Shown piece after piece: positions 1 to 12,869 of a stretch of DNA of 64,000 nt; position 1 is the stretch's first letter, and every line of letters starts with the position of its first letter. The notes under the pieces are model-generated. The model did not search any database. It worked only from the letters and a program-made list of their open reading frames with translations, and was not told the origin of the DNA. The position numbers and the translations under genes are program-made. The stretch is from Phoronis australis (lineage: Eukaryota; Animalia; Phoronida), in NCBI GenBank assembly GCA_002633005.1, contig NMRA01000438.1, positions 62,001 to 126,000 of the forward strand, written 5' to 3'.

Positions 1-271
1 CAAAACGTATATTAAGAAATGTGAATTTGGTGGCTTAGCCAGGATTAAGAATTATTTGCAGAAAATCTTCCGGACATGCCAATGCCTAACTGAACAGTAG
101 CCACTTCACAGAATATCACATTGTCCACTCTGATTCTACGGTATTTACCCACAATGCTACTCCCTACACAGTTGGACTCTACTTCGGTGCTTCACTAATC
201 TTCACTAAAACTGGCTTGCCTTTTATCATTCTGATGCAAATTAAGGTTTGCTGTAGCTGCACAATGAGTTG

Positions 272-346
272 CAGTGCCCTCATAAAAGAGAACCAGTTTG
301 ATGCATATTATTCAGTTGAGAAAACTGGTTCTCAGAATTTAGGCAC
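272..346. mobile_element. ~75 bp hairpin mini-MITE, family A copy 1
   Basis: Inverted core GAGAACCAGTT...AACTGGTTCTC; related copies at ~8742-8818, ~11728-11809 and ~43395-43466. Confidence 0.65.
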
Positions 347-667
347 GTTATATCAGACCTTTACCGGAATTCATGTATGTGAAACTGTAGAATTACATTT
401 TCCTGATCATCTGGGGTCATGTTTATGATATTGAAAGCAACGAGGCCAGGTTGTGAACCCTTGTGACATTATACTACATAGCATTTTCACAATGAAAGTT
501 GCCATTATTTGATATAAAAGGTTAAAATGTCAATTTATGATTTGCAGAGCAAAAAAGCACTGGAAAGCATTATTTCTGGGCTTATAAGGGCATGGTTCGT
601 ATCAACAGAGTGGAACCAATTAATTTTGATAAATGCATAAGGCATAAGCCTCTTGGTGGTGATTGTA

Positions 668-1185
668 CAGGGTGTCCCAAAATGTACTCGCATTTTGGTA
701 TCGTATCACGAGTTCAAGTTCAGTTCTTCCGAATCAAACTCGGCACCCGGGCTTACTGTATAGTTTTGCCTTGCTATGAAAGTAGGTGCGTGTGTCGTCA
801 CGTGCTCTGTTTGCACAAGAATGGCAAACAAATGTTTCAGTTTTGGAGAACGAAAATTTATCAGCGTCGTCACTGGAAGCTCGAAAAACGTCGAGGAAGT
901 GCTAAAACAATCTTCTTAACAAGGCATTAAAATGCTTTTATTTTATTTTAAAGAGTTGATTTCATTTCGTACACCTCGTTGTGAATTTAATTAAACTATG
1001 GAAATTATAACGAGAGGTGATCAGAAAACACAAGCAATATCTGTAACGGCAAAACCAAGACTATATTAGGGGAAAACAGTGCAAATACAGGACTGAGGCC
1101 AAAGGTCAATATAACAATCCACACAAAGGAGCCATCTTGTTCCAAGTCAATCATTTGAGGTGCAGTGCATTTTTGGGAAACCCTG
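668..1185. mobile_element. Non-autonomous Tc1/mariner-type element
   Basis: TIRs CAGGGTGTCCCAAAATGTACT / AGTGCATTTTTGGGAAACCCTG, flanked by TA at 666-667 and 1186-1187; no transposase ORF. Confidence 0.8.
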
Positions 1186-1973
1186 TATAGATGTTGCTTT
1201 TGATGTTTTAATTGTTTTATTATGTCTGGACTGATTAAAGACTGAATGTCAAGTTTGAGGGTTGAGCTGACAACTTTTGTCTAATAGGCTGATGTTACAT
1301 GGGGGAGGGGAGAGGTTCCTTTTCATATTATAAGTGTTAGGGAGCTGCTGCAGGCAAATTAAGCAATACAGTTGTTGTATAAAAAATTGAAGATATGTCC
1401 TCCTTTAATCTTGTGTCTTCCTGTTGCAAATTGGTGAAGTTGTGAAACAAAAAATTCAAATTATTTATACAGAGTTTGAATGCCGTGCGATCGGAAGACC
1501 ACACTTAAGATTCGTGATCTGGTGTCTGAAAAAATCTGATATAAGATGTACAATTATAGCCTTCTTATTGCCCGACCCCAAATGTGGAGGTTACCACGAG
1601 AAAACTACATTCCAGTGCCGTGATTTGTGATTAGGCTCTGCCCACGTTATAGTAATTGCACCTGATTGGCTAGATTATTAGCATTTTGCACAATCATTAA
1701 TGTTAATTAGCCATACACAGAGGCAGGTGGAACACCTTTGTGAATGTTCGTTTTAATACCACCTTGAGGTAGATGACACACCACAGGCTTAAAACGAGGT
1801 TTCAAGAAGGAATCCTACCTACCTACCATCTTAGATATAACTAGCATTTACATTTTAATTTACAAAATTTTAACCAATCACACGTGATCACCTTGGGCTG
1901 GCAGAGCGTGTGGTAAAATTTCGACATTCACACTATGGCTGAGAAGTGAAATTTTATTTTTTCATGTTTTCAG

Positions 1974-2171
1974 AAATCAGAAGTACCGCAGAACAAAGGC
2001 TTTATCAGTTTCAACTTGTATACGGTGTTCTGCCATCGGACAATGTTCTGAAAAAACAGTGGGCGTTCACAACAATGATGAAAATTTCAATTTTGACGAT
2101 TTGCTTTGTCCGAAATTAGTGAGATTTTTCCATAACCTCAAATCCCGTCATTGGAACGTAGAATTCACATG
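1974..2171 (+). other. Candidate 5' exon of RASSF7/8 (mostly UTR, ends in ATG)
   Basis: Acceptor TTTTTTCATGTTTTCAG and donor ATG|GTAAGA; the terminal ATG would splice in frame to 3957, giving [10 protein letters not shown]. Confidence 0.45.
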
Positions 2172-3965
2172 GTAAGAAGTCAAGTGTGTGATTTGACATT
2201 ATGAAGAAAGTTCAGTCTTCGGATAAGCGTTCACATGTGGATTTTTCTCTTGACAACAGATCAGGCGTCCAATATCCTCTGATGGAATGGCATGTGAACT
2301 CCATATATAAGCATCTGATCTGCCTTCTTCGGAGGTTCTACTCATGAAAGTTGCATTGCGCCTTTAGGAGCATGATCTTGTCTTTGGAAGGCTAATCGAA
2401 GGCTTGAATGGTTTTGTACAACTTCCTGTTTTTGGAAGCATACATGGATGCCCTAAGACTTAATTCTGGTTCACCAAGCACAATCCATTTAGAAGTGTTT
2501 GGTCTGCTAAGCTGTGGTTGACCACATTAGGCACTGCAGGAGAATTTGGGCCATGTGTGTCTTAATTATGCCTCTGGGGTTGGGCAGGCTTTAATGAGAT
2601 CAGGTTCAATATGAAATTAAGGGCAACTTTTTAACCCATTCAAGGGAGTGTCTGGTGAGGTCATTTCTAGAACTGCCCAGTGTTGACGTTGTGTAGAATG
2701 CTTATGTTTCTGGTCCTTTGCTTTGTTGTCCATGAATGTTGTCTCTTACCTTGCTTAGTCATAAATGGAAATTTTTGATTTTTAAGAAGACACGTGGCCT
2801 TGGTAATAGTAAAACCTCATCAATTTTGGATAAACATAGTTGTCAAATCAGCACTTGCTTCATTTTTCAAGGGCTCTTATATGTTATGAATACCACAAAT
2901 TTTCAAAAAAAAATTTTTTTCAGTAGCTGAAGTATAGAGCGTGGATTTGGTGTAGCATCATTTTGGGACTATATGTCGTTTATGAAAATATGTGAAAATA
3001 AGGTTTTACTTGTCCAATTTATTGTTTTTGAAATTGGTGAGATTTTCGTACAAGCTTATTGTTTTGCCTTTGACCAAGTGTTGTTGTTTCTGGTGATCAC
3101 CATGACGGTAACTGCCTATGGTTGGAAATTTTATGGTACTGATCAGAGCTTTGTATACATCGTCTTAAAGATGATGTACTAAAGATTGGCTTAAAGCAGT
3201 TAATTTGGAAAGTTATACTTGAAAGACCAACCCCTTAAGACCAGCGCCATACCCGGCAAGCAATATGTTAAAAAAGAATCTCAGCGTGTCTGATGATCTC
3301 ATTATCAGACGGCTAACTCAAGCAGACGGATGCGAGCTGAAGTGTGCAAGGGTTCCAATTTTCTATGTAATTGACTCCTGGTCAAAGGTGATCATGTTAA
3401 CAAGTTTGTTTGTCCATTATATTGTTTTGTGTAGCGAATTTTGGGATTGTGTTAACCTTTTAATCCTTTTGTCTGCAAATGATATCAACAGCTTGTCCTG
3501 TATTGGCATCTGGAGGTACATCAGAATATTGCAAGTTATTGGGCAAAATATACCCTTGTTGCTTCTATTCAAATTTCAGTGTCACAAACATGGACATTGT
3601 AAAGTTGAAGATTGTTCAGTTGTTTGCCTTTTCATTTAAAACTATTGTCACAGGAAAAGTGTGTGAAAATATGCTTGAAGTTTGTTTGGACAGCTACCTG
3701 AGTTGTCTCCGATTGTGGTAGTGAAAAGTCTTCTCGCTTTACCAGCTTAAAGGGAAGCTGTTCGTCACGGAAGCACCCCACGTGTCTTGATAAGGCTGTT
3801 GTTTCACTTCCCCACCTGGTAAATTTTGAAATCCTTTATTGGATAGTGCCGGTGGGTGTTTTGCAAATTTGTTTAATGATGAAGTAAATGCTCTATGAAC
3901 ACTTGCCTTGCTCACCTGCATTCATAGATTGCTCAGCCATGCTGTATTCTTTCTAGGTGAGAGTG

Positions 3966-5175
3966 ATGGAGTTCAAGGTATGGGTAGAAGGTATTCAGCG
4001 GGTCATCTGCGGTGTGACGCCCAGCACCACGTCCCAGGATGTCATAGTGGCCTTGGCCCAGGCCACGGGGAAGACGGGACGCTTCACATTAGTTGAACAG
4101 TGGAGGGACAATGAACGGCTGTTGGCGCCGTCGGACAATCCCCTTAGAGTACTACATAAATATGGAGAATATGCCAGCGATGTGCACTTCATTCTAAGAC
4201 AGTCGGAGACTGACGCGGGGCAGAAGTCTCGCTTCACGCACAACTTCACGCCGCCGCCTAGTGGGGGTATTGTTAAGCGTAACTTGACGTTTAGTGGTGC
4301 TCACAATTCTCCGGCAGATTTCCTTCCGGGATATAGACAGAAGAGGTCAAAGACCCCGTTATCAAATGCAATAACCGAGGAATCGGACAGTGTAGGTAAT
4401 GAGACACAACCGGCGAAACCTAAACAGCCGCCACCATATTACATGGTGGAACGAATGCTACACGATAATTTACAACGGGGCCGTGTCATTCAAGAGAATG
4501 GACATTCTAGTCATAAGGGTGTTGCCCACGACAGGGGGTCACCCCATGGTGGGAAGGCTGGCCAAGATGGTGAGTGGAGGTCAACGCAAGGACATGTGGA
4601 AACCCATGAGTTTATTGTTAGCCAGCCACAGGCAACAAGGCGGAGCACTACTCCTGAGGTGGAGGGTAGTGGGCGTCAGTCCCGAGAGAATGTGAATGGA
4701 CCTGTCAATTATAATAGTTTAGAACGGAAAAAACGACACGGGGACTCACCGCAGGTCCCTGTGCGTAAACCTCGAGGCCCAACTGATTATCACCACGACA
4801 AACGTATGCCCATATCAATGGGTGCTGATGCTCACGATATATCAGTCACTCCTGAGAGCAAATATTCCAACAGGACTAGTCCGCCAAAGGAGCCGGCCGC
4901 GTGGTCTCGACGAAGCCCGGATGGGCGATCTCCGCCGGGTTCTCGATCACCGGTGAAATCCCGACGGGAACTCCGCGAGAAAGAAACTGACGCAGAGGAG
5001 TTTGACTTAGAGCTGAGTCTGTTCAGAGAGGACGGCAGTGGCAGTGACCATATTCAGCACTTCCAGGATAAGGTTATGGCGTCAAAGGTATCACGTGATC
5101 AGCTACTGAAGTTGATTACTCTGCAGAGACAAAAGCTAGAGACACAGCAGGCCCAGATGACTAACACAGACACAG
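3966..5175 (+). CDS. RASSF8: RASSF7/8 family protein, coding exon 1 (N-terminal RA domain and disordered linker)
   Basis: [55 protein letters not shown] closely matches the RASSF7/8 RA domain (MELKVWVDGVQRIVCGVT...); acceptor TTCTAG ends at 3956; donor ACAG|GTAAG, phase 1. Confidence 0.95.
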
Positions 5176-6146
5176 GTAAGGCGTACTTAGAACTAGTGGA
5201 ACTTGGATCTGGTAGCAGTTCAATACATCTAGTTATTTCTAAGCAACTAAAAATTTAGAACACCAGGTGTATCGAGTTTGTCTTCTGATTCACCACCAAA
5301 TGATGCCAGTAATATGTAGTTACCGTTTTATTTGATGCACGCGTCTGTTTTTTGAAAAAATTGGAAAATCCAAATCCGTTTGATTTGAAGTGGCTGCTCG
5401 CTTATACCAATACCTCTTCTGTGCGTGCCCGTAAACTAACGTGGAAGATTTGTTTGGACTTGGCTCTCAAGTTCTGAGTAAACCCTTTGCCTGTATAAAA
5501 CAGATTTCTTTATCAATGTTCCGTGTCTCAGTGATGCCTAAAAACATACACTTTGATATGGTGCATGTGCATTGTTTGAAAGAATAATGTTTTTAATTAA
5601 TCAAAAAAACTTGTTTTTCCTCGAGTGTTTCGTCTACAGTCCTCGTGTGCCTGGATTTAAGTTGTAGGTGCAGCCCAGTGCTCTTGTACAGGTTCATCTC
5701 TTGCACTATATATCTATAGTGTGACTGTTTTTTATTCTTTAGTTTTCAGAATATACTGCACATCGTAGAAAGTCAACATTTTTCGGTGCACAAAATCACC
5801 ACCTATTTTCTTCTGGCCTCTGTTGCAATTCTGGCAGAATCTTGACAAAATCTCGATAGGCATTGCTCCAACTACGTTCATTGTCAAAATCGCATGAACG
5901 TACTGCGCAAGTACTGTGCATAAGTATACAATAAGCGGTTAGGTGCAATAACATCACAGTTAACTCTGACAAAGGTTTAGGAAAAAAAACGCTATCTTAT
6001 TGTGGCAAAAGTTTGACTGACTTGATGCTAAATAATTCTGGCAAGATGTTTTTCCAAGTTTGGAAGAGTCTGGCTGAGTTCTGTTGGGGTGTCTGGTTTA
6101 TTTTGAAAACTGCTTCACCTGTCAAGTGGATGTTTTTTCTTTTCAG

Positions 6147-6382
6147 ACCTGACTGTCTTGGAGAATCGAGAAAAAGACTATGATGACAAACTCGACGACG
6201 TCATCAGCCAGATACGTCACCTTGAGGTCGAAGATAGACAGTTGTCACAGGAAATAGCAGAGAATGAGTCAGTGCGGTGGGCTGATGACATCACGGTACA
6301 GCAGCAGACGGAAAAGACTCTCCAGGCAGAACTGACATTAATTAGGTCACGGCTGGCCAACTGTGAGAGCGAACTTCTGCAG
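6147..6382 (+). CDS. RASSF8: RASSF7/8 coding exon 2 (coiled coil)
   Basis: Acceptor TTTTCTTTTCAG, donor CAG|GTTGGT; phase 1 to 0; DLTVLENREKDYDD...LANCESELLQ with heptad-like pattern. Confidence 0.9.
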
Positions 6383-6996
6383 GTTGGTTTGTCAGACGTT
6401 CACTGGTGGCTGCACCTGTTGGACAAATTCAAAACTTTGATTTCACTTCATCGCTACCTGTTGGTGGAAGTGACAAAATTAGTTTTGATGGATGGAAAAG
6501 TGAAGAAAGGGTAAAATCTCAAAAAGTTTCATGAGATGATTTATAAAAATGTATTTTGTGTGTCATGTCTGTTGTTGCGATTTCGTGATTGGCAACAGTC
6601 ACATTATTTTAAGTTTGGCTTTTTTTTGAAAAATATTTGGAACATTGTTTCCAGGAGATCTCGTGGAAAATGACTGTGTGAGTGAAAAGAGTGATATCGT
6701 TGAAGTACACTTTGGAATATTTTGTTAAATGGCTGACGCCAGGACACATGGAGGCAAGCTGGGCGATGGGTCCAGTTAGCTGATTGCATATTTACTCCTC
6801 AATGAACGGCTGGCTGTGCTATGCTGTCATTCCACAAAATATTTGTGTACTGGGTGAAAGCTATAATAAGAAATAATTGCAGGCGGTCTGGTACACGTTG
6901 TACCGGAGGTGCACAGGGCGCGCATGTGGGTCCATGGCACTGATTACGTGGAACCATTTTAATGCTGCTTTAAATATTTGTTAAAACCGAACTGAG

Positions 6997-7104
6997 GAGC
7001 TTGAGACCTGACCCCAGGGTCTAGCAAAGTGACCCAGTGGAACATGAACCCTCAATCTTGAGTAAAGGAAGTGGGCACTTATCCCACTAGGCCACATTGC
7101 CTCC
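6997..7104 (-). mobile_element. Decayed tRNA-derived SINE head
   Basis: Minus strand reads GGAGGCAATGTGGCCTAGTGG (A-box-like) then GGTTCATGTTCC (B-box-like) at tRNA-like spacing; no intact cloverleaf. Confidence 0.5.
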
Positions 7105-7691
7105 TTTCAAAAAAATTCATTTCCCCTTGATGAACAAACTGTCCTGTAGTGTCCTGTTGTCCTCCTTAACACTATGTGGTAGCCCGAGTCCATGATTAGT
7201 GCTGCTTTCTGTGACCAAGCCGTAATATGAGGTGGTGTTTTTTAAATTATAGAATTTGTTCTCTGTTTTAAGCAGCATATGCAACACTTTTAGAAACACT
7301 CGAGAACTTAAGATGCTTCGCAGTATTAATAAAGTTACAAATTTCGAGTTCAAATAACTCAAATTTGTTGAGGTTGACCTGGTTCTAGAATGAGGTCGTA
7401 CACCGCTGGGGGCTGTAACCCTTGATCCCTCTTCAAATTGGAGTGTCTGGTTCTAATGTAGACGGCCTCCTTGACCTTCTTTGACGAGGAGAGAGAGGGC
7501 GGAAACGCCTGACTCACCAGACTGGCAATGATTTTCAGTTAGTGATTTACCTATTGAACAATTAAACACAGTGTTCCACCCCAAAACATGAATCAGATCA
7601 CTGGGTTGCACTAAAACCGTAGTCTCTTTGAATACTTGTCAACAGATTTCGCGTACATCTCGTAATATTGGACTGTCTTTTGTTTATTAAG

Positions 7692-8232
7692 TGTCGTAAC
7701 CAAACGTGCCGTCTTACGGAAGAGTTGGATCAAGAGGCACGTGAACAGGAAGTGGCGGCGAGANNNNNNNNNNNNNNNNNNNNNNNNNNNNNNNNNNNNN
7801 NNNNNNNNNNNNNNNNNNNNNNNNNNNNNNNNNNNNNNNNNNNNNNNNNNNNNNNNNNNNNNNNNNNNNNNNNNNNNNNNNNNNNNNNNNNNNNNNNNNN
7901 NNNNNNNNNNNNNNNNNNNNNNNNNNNNNNNNNNNNNNNNNNNNNNNNNNNNNNNNNNNNNNNNNNNNNNNNNNNNNNNNNNNNNNNNNNNNNNNNNNNN
8001 NNNNNNNNNNNNNNNNNNNNNNNNNNNNNNNNNNNNNNNNNNNNNNNNNNNNNNNNNNNNNNNNNNNNNNNNNNNNNNNNNNNNNNNNNNNNNNNNNNNN
8101 NNNNNNNNNNNNNNNNNNNNNGAGGAGGAGGCTAAAATCGTGGAAAAGGTGGAACACCTGAAGAAGAAGGTGGAACTGGCTGAAACACAAGCAGAGATGG
8201 ACGCCAAGGTGCTGGCACAAGTCGATAATGAG
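7692..8232 (+). CDS. RASSF8: RASSF7/8 coding exon 3 (coiled coil), interrupted by an assembly gap
   Basis: TTAAG|TGT start CRNQTCRLTEELDQEAREQEVAAR, then Ns, then EEEAKIVEKVEHLKKK...QVDNE|GTATTG; phase 0 at both outer ends. An extra intron inside the gap cannot be excluded. Confidence 0.8.
7764..8121. other. Assembly gap (358 N)
   Basis: Run of N; single Ns also occur at 25016, 27535 and 33862. Confidence 0.99.
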
Positions 8233-8741
8233 GTATTGCTGTTACTGATGAGTGTCGTGTTAAGGGTGTGTAGTACTGCTAGAAAAATAAAGTATCATAT
8301 TTATTAGGTAAACATATGGTGCAGTCGACTTCCTATTTGAACCTGCTTTTTTACACTATGAGCAGTGAAACATGTCTCAGATTTTTTATAGGCTGTCAAA
8401 CACAGAAATCAGTAATCAAAACAAAACCTCGGGTTTCTGTCTATCTTTTAATGCAATACAGTTCAATGTTTCCTTAGCCATGCACCGTAAAATAGCTGTA
8501 TGCGAATCTATCTACATGCTCAAGAACTCAAAATTGACAGAGTGTCTGCAGTTAAATGATGGGAAAATTGTCGATGGAGATCTGTGACTTCTTGAAAATG
8601 CTTATCTCAGCTAACTTTTGTGTTTGGCACACAAATAATGCACTTAATCAAGGGTATTTAGAATCCTTATTTCATGCAATATGTGAATATTGCATTTTAA
8701 AAAATCCAGGCTAGTTATAGTTTGTGTTACCTCTAGGTAAT

Positions 8742-8818
8742 AGGTCACTTAAACTGAGAACCAGTTTGATGCTGGTTATGAGATGAAGATAACTGGTTCT
8801 CAAAATGCGGACCACTGC
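8742..8818. mobile_element. Hairpin mini-MITE family A copy 2
   Basis: TGAGAACCAGTTTGATGC...AACTGGTTCTCAAAATG. Confidence 0.6.
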
Positions 8819-8868
8819 ACATGACTACTACTGTACCTGTGGGTAAACAGGTGTAATGTGTTCTTCAG

Positions 8869-8989
8869 ATTACACAGCAAGAATGCCAGTTGGAACACAA
8901 GAATCAGGAAGCAAGTCAGCTAGAGGGTGCTATAAAGCAGGCCAACTTACAGACATTTTCTAAAGTCAAGCCGGAGAAACAGGACAAAG
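8869..8989 (+). CDS. RASSF8: RASSF7/8 coding exon 4
   Basis: TTCTTCAG acceptor, AAAG|GTCAGG donor, phase 0 to 1; ITQQECQLEHKNQEASQLEGAIKQANLQTF resembles the conserved LRQVNLQQF motif; too short for the ORF track. Confidence 0.88.
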
Positions 8990-10818
8990 GTCAGGGGTCA
9001 CCTGCATAGTTAATCCATTGCTGCACTAGATTCCTTTATAGGCAGCGTTCAAATTTGAGCGTTTTTTTTTTTGCGACAACGTCGGAAGTTTATTAAGACA
9101 GGTATAAACTTCAACAGTGGTATTGTTGATTTATTGATCACCAGGGTCCACTAATAATTTATGTAAACTTAAGTAGACATGAACAGGTTGAGGGAAAGAG
9201 GTAACAAAATAAGGTGTGAAAAACAATGAAATTTACAATAAAAAATAATAGTACAAGCAATAGCTGTGGTGTTGCCCTCTGCCAAGTAAATTGTTGAACA
9301 TCTTCCATGCATGTGATAGGTAAAAATAATTATATTATTTATTGTTTATGAACACCTAAAATAGTCATACTTTGAAGTCACACAATTCTTCGCTATTGGC
9401 TGAACAGATGTCGATCTTCACATTTTACTTAAGATACCTGTATTTACCTTAAGCTGCAGTTTCATGACATTTGATTCAATTGAGCACAAGAAGGTTTGTA
9501 TTAAGTTAGTGGACATGTCTCCTCATAGACACAATTTTGATCAGTTGTAAGAAATAAAACCAAAAAATATACACGCTTGGTATTTGGCCGTATTCCTGTA
9601 TTTCTTGTGCAGTTGATAAAAGTACATATACCTCGAGATTTGCCTCATTTCCCATTACAATCTGTGCAAGATCCTTTGTTGGTGAAATGATTTCTGAGCT
9701 GTTATCCTGGACTGCAAGAAAATGAAATGGACCGCAGTGATTTTTTAAAACTGGTCCATGCGATGCTGTTATAAGGAAGTGTAGGGCAACCGCTGAAGGC
9801 CACACTGGTTGTAGACTGTGGGCACCTTAGGTGTAGTAGGTTCTCAAACAGATTATTTTGAACCCTGTGGAACAAACTGGAAGGGATTTCCCACATGACC
9901 AGTCTACTGTTGTATTGGCATCCTAAACTTTCCTATTTTTAGCGTTATCAAAGCAATTTATAGTCGATTTAACATCATGGTGAAAGTGGCTGTGGTTTGG
10001 GAAGCATGCTATAACAATAAACATCAATGTTTCATTGATTATTTTTGCACTGAGAAAATGCTTAGCAATAATTTTTTTGTCAAAACACTGTGGTCTACTA
10101 GTATGGTTAATCGATGGGTGGAGGTTATCGGCGCTTATTGTCCAAACTAAAATAAAACAAATGTGCAATCGCCTTTTTAATCAAAGATAAATGAAAGACA
10201 CCTCAAAATGTTAAATTTAAGAAACACAGACCTTTAATTAGTTGAATACATGTAAGCATCTACAGTTTCGTGATGATGAGTCGGGTTCATGATATTAAGA
10301 ATTTGCTCCATGGCTCATATGCCCAAAGGGAGGCTAAAGGAGAAAGGAGGGATGGAAACCATTGACTCTTATCGCCACCTGGCTGCAGTGTAGTGTACTT
10401 CTTTGCAGTAGTTGGAGTAAGTGAGAATGGTCGACTTGGTGAATAGACCCTTTTATAATATATGTGATTAGTTTCTAGGTGTTTAAAACAAACAAGAATT
10501 TACCTTCTCCTCTAGAGGTCACTAGTATCCAGTAATGATCAGTCGCCATATTGCTATCTAAAAGTTTCCCATGCCAAATGTAGCCAGGGCTTCATACACA
10601 GGCTTGTTGGCATAGATATGCAGATATATTGTGTAAATATTAGAAAATCATATTTTAGAAACACGATCAAAATTGAAAGCTCAATGGCTTTGCAACTGTC
10701 ATAGTTAAAGGAGCAAAAGTTTGTGCCCAAATCCTACTGGCTTCTAGCAAGTTTCTGTGTTGAGAATTTTTGGCCACAATAGGTATATAAAATAATTCTG
10801 ATTGACTTACATTTCCAG

Positions 10819-10952
10819 ACGAAAAGACCACCCGCACATCTACGTCTCCAGGCTCATCCAAGATAGGCAGCGTTCGCAAGATGACGGGAAGCCCACAGTT
10901 GCTAGGGGAGACAGTGCCCACAACCAGGAATCCCCAGGGATTGTGGGTATGA
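10819..10952 (+). CDS. RASSF8: RASSF7/8 terminal coding exon
   Basis: ACATTTCCAG acceptor, phase 1; ...GSVRKMTGSPQLLGETVPTTRNPQGLWV* parallels the vertebrate RASSF8 C-terminus (...NPEGIYV). Confidence 0.9.
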
Positions 10953-11727
10953 ACTTTGACCCAAAGGAACAAGGGTTGTCGGACCAAACGTGTGCTGAGA
11001 CAGTTTTCCAGGAGGACGTTAGAGCTGTATTTATTTATTTTGTTAAACCTTTTGATATAATGTTAAACATTTCTTAATTTAGAATTTTGTCTTAGTGTTG
11101 AAAGCCACAAAAATCCCAGTGTAAAAGTAAGTCATATTTGAAAAGCCACGTCCCGGATTCAACTCTCCACTTTCATGGAAGTAGAAAAACTGATTGTATT
11201 ATTGAGCGTACTTTTGAAAGGTTAGGTAGATTAGATGGTTCTGAGATGAAATCGAAGATAAGGCAACTGTTTTGCACACCCCGGCTTTTTTGACGTCGGC
11301 ATTGCCACTCACTGTACAGCGGTAAAACATTACAGCCGTTACCATGACGAATGACAAAATAACGATGATCACGGTGGCTTGGTAAAGCTGTAGGGGAAGT
11401 GTGACGTCGTAAAATTGTTTGCAGTTTCTGAGATTCAAAGCTGTGGAAACATGATGTCTTAGGACATAACCCTTAATGATGGTCTTAGTTAGTCATAAAA
11501 TGTCTGCGCCGAAATCAAATAGACTGTTGGCAAGTAAATCAGCGGACTTCTTGCTCGAACACTAGATGGAGTTACTCTTGCATGGTCCTGGGTTTTTTGT
11601 GGCTTTAAACTGTGCCTGGTGGTACGTAGTGAACCAATAGAACAAATTAGTACCGCTACGTATTGATATACAGTTTGTAAACAGCGATACAATACATTAA
11701 CACTACATCAGGATAATAGTCAGTTAT

Positions 11728-11809
11728 AGGAGTCCTGCATTTTTAGAACCAGTTTTCTCCACTGAATAACGGGCATCAAACTGGTTCTCAAAATCTGGAA
11801 CCCCTGTTA
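11728..11809. mobile_element. Hairpin mini-MITE family A copy 3
   Basis: TTTTAGAACCAGTTTTCTCCACTGAATAACGGGCATCAAACTGGTTCTCAAAA, nearly identical core to the copy at 43395. Confidence 0.7.
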
Positions 11810-12359
11810 GTGACTATTGTCTCTGTCGGACTAGTTATAATTAGTTAGCCTATTATTGAGGTTGTAGTGTTGAATAATAACGTGTTACCTTTAGTGTTCA
11901 TACTTACCTGTTTCTATATTGAACAAAAACCGAAGCGACCAACCGTAACGACTTTTCTCAAGGTGCTGAGCTTGTGTTGATGTGTTTTCTGATTTTCAAA
12001 TTGGTGTCCGTGCCATTAGTTGCTACAAAACAATGGTGTTAAAGGAGGCAAAATTATTTTTAGTACATTTTTGAACACCTGGATGAAAGTAGCGATATTT
12101 TGTTATTGCATCGGTATATGTTTAACACTTACATGGGACTATTCATAGTTGAGCACTGAGCAATGCGTTTGCATTATTTATGCTTGCGACTCATCTGGAA
12201 ATGTTGTTAAAGTACATCTCAATAGTTTTGTCTCTTTTTTAATGCTTGATTGTGGCTATGGAGAGTTCCACGACTTGCTTGTTTTTGGTCTGTCTGTTTG
12301 CCATCAGATCAAATTTCTCGAGCAAGACTGTTTATTGGATATCAGTTGATAACAGGCTT

Positions 12360-12869
12360 CAGGGCTTGGAATTTTCCGCGGAAACGCGGATTTCCGCTTT
12401 TTTCAAATGTGCTTTCCGCTTTTTTTATAATATTTCCGCGTAAAAAAATTGGATTTGATATAAAATTTCCGCGGCAAATTCCTTTCTTACCGCGGCGTTG
12501 CAGACGACGTTCACCTCGAAAAGCGGAAGTTGCTCTTTATGTTTGGAGGAACGTAAATTGTCAACATTGCCGGGGCATCTGGGATAGCGTGGTGTGATTT
12601 TCAATGGCGTCTCGTGTTATTGTTAAGCGCGGCGACAAATACTACCGCTCTGCAGCCAAAAATGTGTAGGTTGGGAGTGGACGGGCGAGCTAAAAGGACG
12701 CAGACGCATGCTACTGATGGTGGTAACGTTTTTTTTTTTTTTAGTCCTTCCGATTTTTGTCGGGGAAAGGTTCACATTGACCAGTTCTAGGCTGGTTATC
12801 GGGCGATGATTTGCGCCGTAAAAGTTTCAAAGTTTCCGCGTTTTTTGTCATTGGTCATTCCAAGCCCTG
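12360..12869. mobile_element. Non-autonomous DNA transposon (hAT-like termini) with a 6 bp TSD
   Basis: Perfect TIR CAGGGCTTGGAAT / ATTCCAAGCCCTG; AGGCTT duplicated at 12354-12359 and 12870-12875; repeated subterminal TTTCCGC motifs. Confidence 0.85.

Noticed and set aside
5176-5258. C-terminal part of ORF 3957..5258
   Set aside because: Read-through past a consensus AG|GTAAG donor; the phase matches the next exon at 6147
6997-7104. tRNA gene
   Set aside because: Only degenerate A and B boxes; better explained as a SINE head, as are the weaker traces near 14500 and 17380
7611-8307. Long ORFs and apparent frameshift across the N run
   Set aside because: Artefacts of the gap and its estimated length; not evidence for a pseudogene
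10802-11077. 91 aa ORF overlapping the last RASSF exon
   Set aside because: Wrong frame; the phase-1 frame gives the conserved NPQGLWV* end
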